A stretch of DNA of 64,000 nucleotides from Eledone cirrhosa (GCA_964016885.1 OZ024746.1:59892001-59956000); one strand, 5' to 3'; positions 1 to 16,175 are shown, counted from the first letter of the stretch. Numbers and translations are program-made. The notes: generated by a model from the sequence alone, not told the origin.

Positions 1-79
1 ATATATATATATGGAGGAAGTTATAGTTCACTTGAAGCATTGTGTAATGAGGTATAAACGTTTGTATACATATACAAAC

Positions 80-117
<38 letters not shown>

Positions 118-309
118 TTTGTCTGAGGAAGGCATAACATATTGTTAATATGATATCCCTGAAATATATATAATGAAATAAATATGGTTTTATAAATATA
201 GTTTCCATTTATTTAATATCGTAAATATACTCCAAATACTTGTTGAGTGCTTTTATATCAGTTATAAATATATACTAGTTGTAACCCAACAATTTAAATA
301 TAACTTTCC

Positions 310-340
<31 letters not shown>

Positions 341-421
341 AAGGGCAAACAGTAATAACAAAGCAAACGACACAGTACAATGAAGAAATATTAGTTTTAC
401 GCTTGATATAGTAGAAAAATA

Positions 422-460
422 GTCTTAACGTTTCGGAAACTAGTCCTTCATCAGAAAATG
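422..460 (-). ncRNA. Minimal type-I hammerhead ribozyme-like motif (Penelope-associated type)
   Basis: Minus strand UUUU-CUGAUGA-AGGACUAGUUUCC-GAAAC-GUU-AAGA: conserved core, short stem II, palindromic stem III. Confidence 0.5.
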
Positions 461-717
461 GAATGAAAAATTAAAGAAGAAATAGAAAGATAGAAGAGAC
501 TAAGCAGTGGCACAAACGAAAAATATCTAGAGTAAAAAGCAGGTCTATTCACGTCGCTATCTCTTGGAAAACTGTTGATGCTGGCGTTTTATGTAAGATG
601 ATCTTGTTTTAAAATGCGGTGATCGAATGCGTTTAGCTGAAAGGGATATATAGAGCGTGTGCGTGTGCGCCTGTATGTACGTATGTGAATGTGTGTGTTA
701 TTCGTCCGTACGACGCT

Positions 718-1085
718 AAGGGTATATGTGTGTGTATTTGTAAGTTTAAGAGAATGTATGTGTGTGTGTTTGTAAGTACGAAACTGTGAGGATATGCGTG
801 TGTATATAAGGGTGTGTGTGTGTGTGTTTGTAAGTAGGAAACTGTGAGGATATGCGTGTGTATATAAGGGTGTGTGTGTGCGTGTTTGTAAGTACGAAAC
901 TGTGAGGATATGCGTGTGTATGTAAGGGTGTGTGTGTGTGTGTGTTTGTAAGTAGGAAACTGTGAGGATATGCGTGTGTATATAAGGGTGTGTGTGTGTG
1001 TTTGTAAGTACGAAACTGTGAGGATATGCGTGTGTATATAAGGGTGTGTGTGTTTGTTCTTGTTCTGTACAGAACTGTGAAGGTA
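718..1085. repeat. Tandem repeat of about 58-60 bp with variable (GT)n, about 5-6 copies
   Basis: aagggtg(tg)n tttgtaagtacgaaactgtgaggatatgcgtgtgtatat. Confidence 0.9.
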
Positions 1086-1576
1086 AGTGAATGTATATGT
1101 GCAAGATTAAAGAAATTGGGTAGTGGGGTTGAGTCCGTTAATAAACTCTCTATATCTATCTTTATATCTCTTTTTTATCGGCCTGTATCGATCTACTAAT
1201 ATATCTATCTCTATCTTGCTCTCCCTCACTCTCTCTCTCTCTCTCTGCCTTACTATTTCTGTCTCGCTCTCTCCTTCTTCCTCTCTATTTATCGATCTCT
1301 CTATCTGCCTATCTATCTACCAACAGGTAATATTACCTCTATTAAATACACGTCTTTACTTTCGTCTTCTTCAAATATTGATTTCCTCCGCAGCTAGCAG
1401 ACCGATTCTTGTTTAGCAACATGGAGGATATAGTCAATTGCAACCCCACAACATATTACCAGTAATTAGCCAAGTGATTCCCAAAGTAGTTTCACGGGAA
1501 CCCCAGACTTTCGTGGAAGAGTCTGTAATACTGCAAAATGAGATGTCATTTAATAAAATTTGATAAACATACATTA

Positions 1577-1811
1577 TGTGTGTGTGTGTGTGTGTGAATG
1601 TGTGTGTGCGTATGTGTGTGTGTATCTGTGTGTCTCTATGTGTGTGTCTCTGTGTGTGTCTGTCTGTGTGTGCCTGTGTGTGTCTGTGTGTGTGGGTGTG
1701 TCTGTGTGTGTGTATGTGTGTGTCTCTGTGTGTATGTGTGTGTCTCTGTGTGTATGTGTGTGTGTCTGTGTGTGTGTGTGTGTCTGTGTGTGTCTGTGTG
1801 TGTCTCTGTGT

Positions 1812-1850
<39 letters not shown>

Positions 1851-1880
1851 TGTCTGTGTGTGTGTGTGTGAATGTGAGTG
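1577..1880. repeat. Imperfect (GT)n microsatellite
   Basis: Directly visible. Confidence 0.97.
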
Positions 1881-1939
1881 TGTTGTTATCTTACTACTGT
1901 GGTCAATCGACAAAACAAAAAGATTGAGCACACTATGCA

Positions 1940-3530
1940 ACTTGTTTATTGGAATGTGTGTACTCTGGTTGACAACAATTTGGTTCAAAGACCAGAGAGA
2001 CGGACAGCATTGATCGCTCAAGAATTCAGAAGATATTCAATAGATACTGTAGCTCTTTCTGAAACACGCCTACATGGGGATTGTCATCTCAATGAAAGTG
2101 GATTTGGTTACACTTTCTCTTGGAAAGGTGTAGCAGAAGGTCAAAGGAGAGAATCAGGTGTTAGCTTGGCTGTTAGAAACTCTCTCATCTTATCTTTTGA
2201 AAATCATCCCAGTGATTCTTCAGAACGTATTATGGCATGTCGACTGCATCTAAAAAATAGGAATACCTTACAATAATAAGTGTTTACACTCCCGTAATGT
2301 TACACCTAGAAGAATCTATTAAACAATTCTACAACGAACTTCGAGAATTAGTGAGAAATGTGCCAGCTGCTGATAAGCTAGTAATTAGAGTGACTTCAAC
2401 TCGAGGGTTGGATATGATTTCATAACATGACCGGCCAGAGGTAAACAGTGTAGGAAAATGTAACCGAAATGGTGTCTCACTATTTACTTTTTGCACTGAA
2501 CATCAACTTTTAATAACAAACACTTTCTTTCGGCAGAAAAATAAATATAAGACAACTTGGAAACACCCAAGGTCTAAGGATTGACATCTAATTGATTATA
2601 TTTTAGTTTAAAAATAGGATGTAAAAGATGTGTGTAGTGTGCGAAGAATGAGAGGAACAGGGTACTGAATTGATCATCGACTAGACAGAGCCAAACTCTA
2701 TCTAACTCTAACATCAAAAGCTAGACACTCTGAGATTAAAATACCAAAGAAACTTAATGTGGCAAATGTCAAGCCTTTTGATGCTATCCACAATTTCCGT
2801 AATGCATTAGATGATATCACACTTCATCCGAGCAATCTTTAGGAAGATTTTAAGATAAAAGTTTTCCAGGCAATATTTGCATCAGTAGTTATGAGATCAA
2901 AGAGATTTAATGATTGAGTCACAGATAACAACCCTGAAATACTTAAGAACAAACAAAATCTTTGTCAAAAACTTCTTTCTTGGTCAATCAATCCTAATTG
3001 TAATGACTCTTATAAGCGACTGCGTTGGTCTGGACATATTGTTTGCATGGCTGATGAGCGTATCCTTAAGTTTTATGGGTAACTTTCTCGGGGAAAAGGA
3101 AACAGAGTAAGCCAAAGAAAAGGATCAAGGATGTTTTGAAGAACTTGAAGAATGTAAGAACTAATCCCCAAAACCAGGATCACTTTACCTGATGTTCAAA
3201 AATATGAGGTTGTGTCAAAACCTTTCAACAAAACAGGATAATGCAAGTAAATATTTAAGGGAAGAAAACAGTCTGTAAAGGATTTTTTTTCTATTTGTAC
3301 AGTTTGTGGTAAAATCTGCTTGTCAGAAGCTGGACTTCAATATCACATAAGAGCACGCAATAGGGTACTTCCAACTGACTATAGAATATACAAACCAGTT
3401 TACCCTTATCAATGCCACAGGGTCTGCAAATCTCAAGGTGGTCTAAAGAGATATTTCAAAGTAATTCATGTTGCCATCTCTTGGAAAACTGTTGATGCTG
3501 GCGTTTTATGTATGATATACCTTTTTAGAA
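1940..3530 (+). mobile_element. Degenerate, internally deleted RTE (BovB-like) LINE
   Basis: APE motifs WNVCTL, RPERRTALIA, VALSETR, GDFNSRVG-like. Jumps at about 3010 to C-terminal RLRWSGHI and C2H2-like CGKIC...H; the RT core is missing. Confidence 0.8.
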
Positions 3531-3614
3531 AAGTGGATGATGGAGCGCGTCTACCTCAAATGAAAGAAAAATATATAAGCATATACATATATACATATAT
3601 ATACATATATATAT

Positions 3615-3658
<44 letters not shown>

Positions 3659-4230
3659 ATATATATATGAAAACGGAGAAAAAGACGATTATTAAGAAGA
3701 AAAATATTTTTTTTATTTTGATTTTTATTTATTTTTTCTGGGTTAGAAAATGATTAAAACGAAATATTTTACTTTGTGTGAAGTGTTAAGGTATTAGTTG
3801 ATTTATTTATTCATTAACAATGGCATTTATTTATTTATTTATATATTTAATAATTGTCTATTACCGGTTTCACCATTTTTATGCATTATCAAATGATAAT
3901 ATGTATTGGTGTAGAATGGTGGTGTTGAACATGTTAAAGAAATGGTGCAGAAAGAATAATGTTATTTACAAACAAGGTTTATGAAGTGAAAAGAAAAAAG
4001 AAAAAAAGGGGTATAATGTGGAGCATAATAAGGCAATGTGAAAGAAAAAATAATGTTATTTACAGTCATAGCTCTTGAAGATAAGCAGATCAAAATGTGT
4101 TAATATAGCAAGAGTGCTTAGTTGATCCATGATACGTACATATATATAGAGAGAGATATACAAAATACGACAGTAAAAAATAAACACGGAAAACACAGTA
4201 CAATGAATGTTATTAGTTTAAATGTGAGTG

Positions 4231-4268
4231 TTTTCAACGTTTCGGACATCAGTGCTTCATCAGAAAGA
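4231..4268 (-). ncRNA. Second, more degenerate hammerhead-like motif
   Basis: Minus strand CUUU-CUGAUGA-AGCACUGAUGUCC-GAAAC-GUU-GAAA, in the same repeat context as 422-460. Confidence 0.4.
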
Positions 4269-4331
4269 AAAGAGTTGAATAGAAAACGAGCGGGAAAGAG
4301 AAGTAAAGGAAAAAAAGAAAGCGGGAAAGAG

Positions 4332-4397
<66 letters not shown>

Positions 4398-5001
4398 GAT
4401 AAAGATGGAAAGGAAGAAATGAGATTATTCCCCCGTGTTTATTTTTGTCGGTAAATTCGTCATTTTTTTCTCTCGCTACACAGATTGGAAAGAAATAGAA
4501 AATTAAAACAGTCCCAAACCTATAGGAAAATAAATAGCAAAAAAAAAAAAAAGAAAGAAATATTAATATAAACAAAAACAAGATAGCCGGGGGAAAAAAA
4601 TATTGAAATTTGATCCCTGAAGGTAAAAATTTACCGCAAGAATGTAAATTGAAATAGTAGCCATTTTGTATTTGTTGACGTCATAAATAAATTGGTTTGC
4701 AAATAACATAATAGAGGTCATTGTGGAATTTTCTCGAAGCTAGGATTTTTATTTAAAAACTTCCTCGGCCATTTTTCTGTCTTTTAACAACGATATTATT
4801 ATTAGTATTATTGTTGTTGTTGTTGGCACTATTATTCTTGTTATTATTAGTGTTGTGGCTGTTGTTGTTGTCGGTGGTATTATTAAAAATAATAAATATA
4901 TAAAAGCAAAATGAAATAAATTATTATTGTTGTTGTTATTGTGGTTTTGTGTCCTAGTGGCCAATAAAAGAAATAATTCTTGTTGCCAATGTTGCTGTTG
5001 A

Positions 5002-5032
<31 letters not shown>

Positions 5033-5095
5033 GGTGGTGGTGGTGGTGGCAATGGCGGTGGTGGTATGATGGTGGTGATGGTGGTGGTCTTGTGC

Positions 5096-5129
<34 letters not shown>

Positions 5130-5214
5130 GGTGGTGGTGGCGGGGATGGTCTTGTATTGTTGATGTTGTTATTGTTATTGTTGTTGTTAATAAATGTCAG
5201 ATAAAAACAATATT

Positions 5215-5915
5215 GCTTCGTGGTATTTCTTCAGGCTTTTATATTCTGAGTTCAAATCCCGTCGTGGTCAACTTCACTTTTCAGATCGATAAAAAAAATA
5301 TGTACTTCCGAGGTCGATGAAATAATGTACTATGGTAAATTTAATTGATTTATCCCCCCTCTTAAATTGCTGGCCTTGTGCTTTAATTAGAAACCAGGCA
5401 TAGAAATACGTCTCTTTACGTTCTGAGTTCAAATCCCGTCGAGGTTAGCTTTGCCTTTCATCCTTACGGGGTCGATAAAATAAAGTACCAGTAATGTACT
5501 GGGTAATTGCTGGCCTTGTGCCTGAAGTAGAAACAATTGTTGTCATTATCATTTGTTTTTTTGGCAGAGCGTCAGACACCATGCTTTGCAGCATAGAGTT
5601 ATGGCCCTTTACGTTCTTAGTTCAAATCCCGCCGAAGTTAACTTTTGCCTTTCATCCTTACAGGGTCGATAAAATAAGGTACCAGTAATGCACTGGGTAA
5701 TCGCTGGCCTTGTGCCTAAAGTAGAAACAATTATTGTCATCATTATTTGTCATTTTTAAGGGCGGTGGATTGGCAGTATCGGTAGAGGATCGGACGCCAT
5801 GCTTTGACGCATGGAGTTACGGCCCTTGCCATTCTGAATTCAAATCCCGCCGAGGTTAACTTTGCCTTCATCCTTACGGGGTCGATAAAATAAAGTACCA
5901 GTAATGCACTGGGGT
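5215..5915 (+). mobile_element. Head-to-tail array of about 4 tRNA-derived SINE copies (family A, MetaSINE-like core)
   Basis: A box TGGCAGTATCGG, B box GTTCAAATCC, core gcctttcatccttacggggtcgataaaataaagtaccag repeated. Confidence 0.8.
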
Positions 5916-6510
5916 AATCTCACCACTTGTCCCTTTTCTTGGTCATCTCCTTTGTTAGCTAAAGTTTCTAGAAATCGGCTTTTACCACCTCTGCCCATGG
6001 CTTCCTCTACAATGACTTCTTTTCACCTGGAACTGCTAGCACTTCTTCACCCAGCTACCATCACCTATATGTCTATATGCCTTTCATCATGTATGTACCA
6101 GTGCAATCTTCTCTCCTGTATGCAACATCCAGCTCCACTTATGTTCAGTTTTTTACCACCTCTGCCCACGGCTTCCTCTACAATGACTTCTTTTCACCTG
6201 GAACTCCTAGCACTTCTTCACCCAGCTACCATCATCTATGTCTATATGTCTATATGCGTTTCATATCTGTACCAATGCAATCTCTCCTGCATGCAACACC
6301 AACCAGCTCTATTTATGCTCAGTTTTTTTTCTCTCTCAGCCATATTTGTAAGTTCTAGGGCTATTTTTATATATATATCCGTCAAGGTATATTTCTCTGT
6401 CATTCCCAGAGCACCTATCATTATAGGGGTTGCCTGCGTTTTCATCATTCATTTGGCTAATCTCTGTTTATCAGATCTTTATATTTGGATATTTTCTCCA
6501 TTACTTTAAG
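5915..6510 (-). mobile_element. 3' end of an RLE-type LINE with a 171-bp tandem duplication downstream of the ORF
   Basis: Minus strand encodes EKISKYKDL and PIMIGALGM. Repeat units start at 5981 and 6152. Confidence 0.6.
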
Positions 6511-6534
6511 AGATATATTGTTGTCCTTTTTTCT

Positions 6535-9920
<3,386 letters not shown>

Positions 9921-10032
9921 GTTCAAATAAGGATGGTGGATTAACAAACGTACGGTATTTATTCCGGCTTTTTACGTCGTTCTGGGTTCAAATAACCGCC
10001 GAGACTAACTATGCCTTTCATCATTCCGGAGT

Positions 10033-12095
10033 AACAACAACAACAGCAATGACCGTACAACAGTTACAACACGGTTACAACAACAACAACAATGACCGTA
10101 CAACAGTTACAACACGGTTACAACAACAACAGCAATGACCGTACAACAGTTACAACACGGTTACAACAACAACAGCAATGACCGTACAACAGTTACAACA
10201 CGGTTACAACAACAACAGCAATGACCGTACAACAGTTACAACACGGTTACAACAACAACAGCAATGACCGTACAACAGTTACAACACGGTTACAACAACA
10301 ACAGCAATGACCGTACAACAGTTACAACACGGTTACAACAACAACAGCAATGACCCTACAACAGTTACAACACGGTTACAACAATAACAGCAATGACCGT
10401 ACAACAGTTACAACACGGTTACAACAACAACAGCAATGACCCTACAACAGTTACAACACGGTTACAACAATAACAGCAATGACCGTACAACAGTTACAAC
10501 ACGGTTACAACAACAACAACAATGACCGTACAACAGTTACAACACGGTTACAACAATAACAGCAATGACCGTACAACAGTTACAACACGGTTACAACAAT
10601 AACAGCAATGACCGTACAACAGTTACAACACGGTTACAACAACAACAACAATGACCGTACAACAGTTACAACACGGTTACAACAATAACAGCAATGACCG
10701 TACAACAGTTACAACACGGTTACAACAATAACAACAATGACCTACAACAGTTACAACACGGTTACAACAACAACAGCAATGACCGTACAACAGTTACAAC
10801 ACGGTTACAACAACAACAACAATGACCGTACAACAGTTACAACACGGTTACAACAACAACAACAATGACCGTACAACAGTTACAACACGGTTACAACAAC
10901 AACAACAATGACCGTACAACAGTTACAACACGGTTACAACAACAACAACAATGACCGTACAACAGTTACAACACGGTTACAACAACAACAACAATGACCT
11001 ACAACAGTTACAACACGGTTACAACAATAACAGCAATGACCGTACAACAGTTACAACACGGTTACAACAACAACAACAATGACCTACAACAGTTACAACA
11101 CGGTTACAACAACAACAACAATGACCGTACAACAGTTACAACACGGTTACAACAACAACAACAATGACCTACAACAGTTACAACACGGTTACAACAATAA
11201 CAGCAATGACCGTACAACAGTTACAACACGGTTACAACAACAACAACAATGACCGTACAACAGTTACAACACGGTTACAACAACAACAACAATGACCTAC
11301 AACAGTTACAACACGGTTACAACAATAACAGCAATGACCGTACAACAGTTACAACACGGTTACAACAACAACAACAATGACCTACAACAGTTACAACACG
11401 GTTACAACAACAACAACAATGACCGTACAACAGTTACAACACGGTTACAACAACAACAACAATGACCTACAACAGTTACAACACGGTTACAACAATAACA
11501 GCAATGACCGTACAACAGTTACAACACGGTTACAACAACAACAACAATGACCTACAACAGTTACAACACGGTTACAACAATAACAGCAATGACCGTACAA
11601 CAGTTACAACACGGTTACAACAACAACAACAATGACCTACAACAGTTACAACACGGTTACAACAATAACAGCAATGACCGTACAACAGTTACAACACGGT
11701 TACAACAACAACAACAATGACCTACAACAGTTACAACACGGTTACAACAATAACAGCAATGACCGTACAACAGTTACAACACGGTTACAACAACAACAAC
11801 AATGACCTACAACAGTTACAACACGGTTACAACAATAACAGCAATGACCGTACAACAGTTACAACACGGTTACAACAATAACAACAATGACCGTACAACA
11901 GTTACAACACGGTTACAACAATAACAGCAATGACCGTACAACAGTTACAACACGGTTACAACAACAACAACAATGACCTACAACAGTTACAACACGGTTA
12001 CAACAACAACAGCAATGACCGTACAACAGTTACAACACGGTTACAACAACAACAACAATGACCGTACAACAGTTACAACACGGTTACAATAACAA
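10033..12095. repeat. Minisatellite, 43-bp unit with a 42-bp variant, roughly 47-48 copies
   Basis: Unit aatgaccgtacaacagttacaacacggttacaacaacaacagc repeated in tandem. Confidence 0.97.
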
Positions 12096-12282
12096 CAGCA
12101 GTCACGACAACGGTTACAAAAACAGAAACAGTACAATAACAACTACGGTAACAACTACAATAACAACTACAGTAACAACATCAGTACAGACAACAGTAAC
12201 AACAATGACACTAACAGTTACAATAACAACAACTGTGACATCGGCAACACCAACAAATACAGTAACAACAACAGTAACAACT

Positions 12283-12470
12283 GTTTCTACTTTTGGCACA
12301 AGGCCAGCAATTATCCCAGTGCATTACTGGTACTTTATTTTATCGACCTCCGTAAGGATGAAAGGCAAAGTTAACCTCGGCGAGATTTGAACTCAGAATG
12401 GCAAGGGCCGTAACTCTATGCGTCAAAGCATGGCGTCCGACCCTCTACCGATACTGCCAATCCACCGCCA
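12283..12470 (-). mobile_element. Family A SINE, full length
   Basis: Reverse complement of the 5760-5915 copy plus tail. Confidence 0.85.
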
Positions 12471-12759
12471 TTAACAACAGTAATAACAATAGCAACAACA
12501 GTTACAAGTCTATTTGTTGTTGTATCTGTTGTTATTAAGGTTGTTGTTGTTGTTATGGTTGCTTCCTACGTGGCAATAAAAAAACACCGCCATTTTGTCA
12601 CGTACTATCAAAATGGCGTCATTCTCTAAATATTTACCTCTCACCATCATTAATTTTCTCACGTGTGTTGTTGTTGTTTTTTAACCGTCTTACTTTTATT
12701 TTCATTTGTGTTTTTTGTTTGATTTTTTTTGTGGGGTGAAATTTTTTTTGTCTTTTATA

Positions 12760-12965
12760 ATTGTCTTGTTTATTTTTTATTATTGTTTAACCATCAACAT
12801 TCTGATTAAATTTCAGTTAAATACTTTACTAATTCCTTCTCGGTTTTGTTCCATTTGATTAGACACAGATTTTCATTCCATAAAGTCGTATTTATCGTTG
12901 TTGCTGCTGTTGTTATTGTTGTTACTGCTGTTGTTGGTGTTCCTGTTGAGAATACTGATATTATT
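12760..12965 (+). repeat. Direct duplication of about 205 bp (second copy about 14035-14243)
   Basis: ttgtcttgtttatttttt...ccttctcggttttgttccatttgattagacac...gagaatactgatatt in both. Confidence 0.9.
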
Positions 12966-14242
12966 ATTATTATTATTGTTGTTGTTATTGTTGTTGTTAT
13001 TGATGTTGTTGTTGTTATTGATGTTGTTGTTGTTATTGATGTTGTTGTTGTGGCTATAAGAAGTCATTACTTTTAACGCAAGAAAATAGTTATAGTTATT
13101 ATCATCATCACCATCACCACGACCACCATCATTATCTCATGTTACTCCTTCTTAAGTGCAAAGTCGCCACACTGGAGGACTATATGTCTCATAATACAGT
13201 AAAAGCCGTTCAGATTTCTAAAAGCCAGGATTAGATATTGATTTGGTGCAATCAATCTTGCTAACGTGATTGATTTCCCCACCACCACCACCACAGCAAC
13301 ACCATCGATTATCATCCACTATTTCATTTCTGGAATGAAAAATTAAATGAAATTTCCAGTTCACACTTATATCCAAGTTTAGCAGGCCACCTATGTAGCT
13401 ATAGCTCATGGGACCCCAGCCCTATCATGTTATTGTTACAGCTCACACCTAAGCAGGTTTAGCTGGTCTTCTACGATGTTATCTCATAGAAGTTTACTCG
13501 GGTGTACTAATTATAAGGACCTGCAGTCCTGTCATGAAAAGCAATGTGAAATGAAGTGTTTTTTTTTTTCTCAAGAACACGAGCTACCCGATTCAGAAAT
13601 GTAACCTACGAACATGACCTTGAGCCCAGTACCCTAACCACTAGGCCAGGCACCTCTACGTTTCTATTCGACTGCTACTACAACAGTTTCTACTTTCCTG
13701 AATTTCCCGACAGCGTTCTATCCTTGCTTTGCCTTCTCCATTCTGTCCGCCGGGGCAGTGGGGAGGCCAGCACGTGGGACCCCATTTGCTCACCATACGG
13801 AGAGATGGGAGGGGCGAGAGAGATGGAGGGGATGATAGTGAGAGTTCGACTCTTCCACGTTCGGACCATATCCTTGTGGTTGTGTTCATCAAGCCTTCGT
13901 GCAGTAATGAAATCAGTGCCTTTATGAATGGGATATAATCTTTATGTATGTTGTTAGTTTAACATTTACAGTAAATCCTGATAATTTTATGTAAAACCCC
14001 AAACTATCTACACGTCTTTTCCTTTGGCTTTTATAGTTGTCTTGTTTATTTTTTTATTATTGTTTTACTATCAACATTGTGATTAAGTTTCAGTTAAAAA
14101 CTTTAATAACTCCTTCTCGGTTTTGTTCCATTTGATTAGACACACAGATTTTCATTCCATAAATTCGTATTTATCTTTGCTGCTGCTGCTGTTGTTGTTG
14201 TTGTTACTGCTGTTGTTGGTGTTCCTGTTGAGAATACTGATA

Positions 14243-14595
14243 TTCGGCCCTTTCCATTTTGAGTTCAAATCTCGCCAAGGTTAACTTTGCCTTTCATCCT
14301 TACGGGGTCGATAAAATAAAGTACCAGTAATGCACTGGTTAATTGCTGGCCTTGTGCCAAAAGTTGAAACAATTATTATTATTATTGTTTTTGTTGTTGC
14401 GGTGGATTGGCAGTATCGGTAGAGGGTCAGACGCCATGTTTTCCAACATAGTTACGTCCCTTTACGATCTGAGTTCAAATCCCGCCGAGGTTGACTTTGC
14501 CTTTCATCCTTACGGGGTCGATAAAATAAAGTACCAGTAATGCACTGGATAATTGCTGGCCTTGTGCCTAAAGTAGAAACAATTATTGTTTTTGT
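14243..14595 (+). mobile_element. Two tandem family A SINEs
   Basis: The same core occurs twice, and the second copy has an intact A box. Confidence 0.85.
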
Positions 14596-15029
14596 TGTTG
14601 TTATTGTTGTTACTAACCTTTACCTTTTACTATGTATAACACTCATCCCAAAATCTCGTGACGGTGCGTGGCTTTGTCCTTAGAATGCTAGGCTCATGAT
14701 CAGAAGGTTATGCTTTCAATTCTCGGACTTAGCAGAGTGTTGTGTCCTTCGGCAAGACATTTAATTTCGCGTAATTAAAATGGTAACAAAAGTAGTAATA
14801 GCAGTCGGAGGAATAGTTAGAGCGCCGAACAAAATGGTTTCCAGTAGTTCTGCTAAACCACTACCACCATCACGACGATTCTCACTGATGCTCTACCAAT
14901 CTTTTTTATCCGCCACCGCCAAATGTTTTCTTGGGGGAGAGGTAGTTCGGAAGTTGATTATATCGACCTCAGTATTTGACTGGTACTTAATTTTATCGAA
15001 GACATCGGAGAGATTTGAGACGCAAAACC

Positions 15030-15377
15030 AGTACTACAATACCTCTCACTACTACAACAACTACTACTACTATTACCACTACGAAGATTACCACCTCTAC
15101 CATGACTACTACTACTACTACTACTACTGCTACTGCTACTACTACTACTATTATTACTACTACTACTACCACCACTACTGCTACTACTACTACTACTACT
15201 ACTACAACTACTACTACTGCTGCTACTACTACTACTACTACTACCACTACTACTATTACTACTACTACTACTACAACTACTACTGTTGCTGCTACTACTA
15301 CTACTATTACTATTACTACTACTACTACTATTACTACTACCACTACTACTACCACTACAACTACCCCTACTACTACA

Positions 15378-15423
<46 letters not shown>

Positions 15424-15520
15424 TTACAACTACTACAACTACTACTACTACTACTACTACTATTACAACTACTACAACTACTACTACTATTACAACTACT
15501 ACAACTACAACTACTACTAC
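15030..15520. repeat. (TAC)n microsatellite
   Basis: Directly visible. Confidence 0.97.
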
Positions 15521-15839
15521 CAGGAGACAAAAATTCCACTGCAGCCTCTTTATGTTCCACAAGGTTCTTGGCCGACCATCCCCCCCCCCCTCATCCCAGT
15601 ATCTGACCAGACCACCATCACCACCAACAACATCATCAACACCATTTCCACCACAGCCTGATCAATCAATTATTATCATAATAACTGCACTAATTGACAT
15701 CTGACTAATGAACTAAACATATTTAGATTATCACTAATGAAATACATTCATTACTGTTGGTTTGTTCTTTTTGTATTTTTGTTGTTGTTGTTTTTTTCAC
15801 TAATCAAATGAACTTCGTTGATACTGTCCACTTGTCCTT

Positions 15840-15944
<105 letters not shown>

Positions 15945-16175
15945 CGAAGGAAGTGTGGTAAGGAACCAGGTGGACCAATAGCCATCGAAACGGCTTGAGC
16001 TCTGCCGTCGGGGTCTTGAACATTTTCATATATATATATATATATATATATACGTCTCTCTCTCCCTACCCTTCTCTCTCCCTACCACTCTCTCTCTCTT
16101 TGTTTTTCCTTATTTATCTCTCTACACATACGTTGTATATATGTGTATGTGTGTGTGTTTATATATATATATATA

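Noticed and set aside
589-2021. His/Thr and Cys/Val-rich ORFs
   Set aside because: They derive from (GT)n and the 60-bp tandem repeat.
10033-12095. Array resembling a CRISPR locus or a coding repeat
   Set aside because: No unique spacers and no cas genes. The 43-bp unit is not a multiple of 3 and contains stops, and the context is eukaryotic.
14780-15704. Poly-Y, poly-T and poly-S ORFs resembling mucin or structural proteins
   Set aside because: (TAC)n microsatellite artefact.
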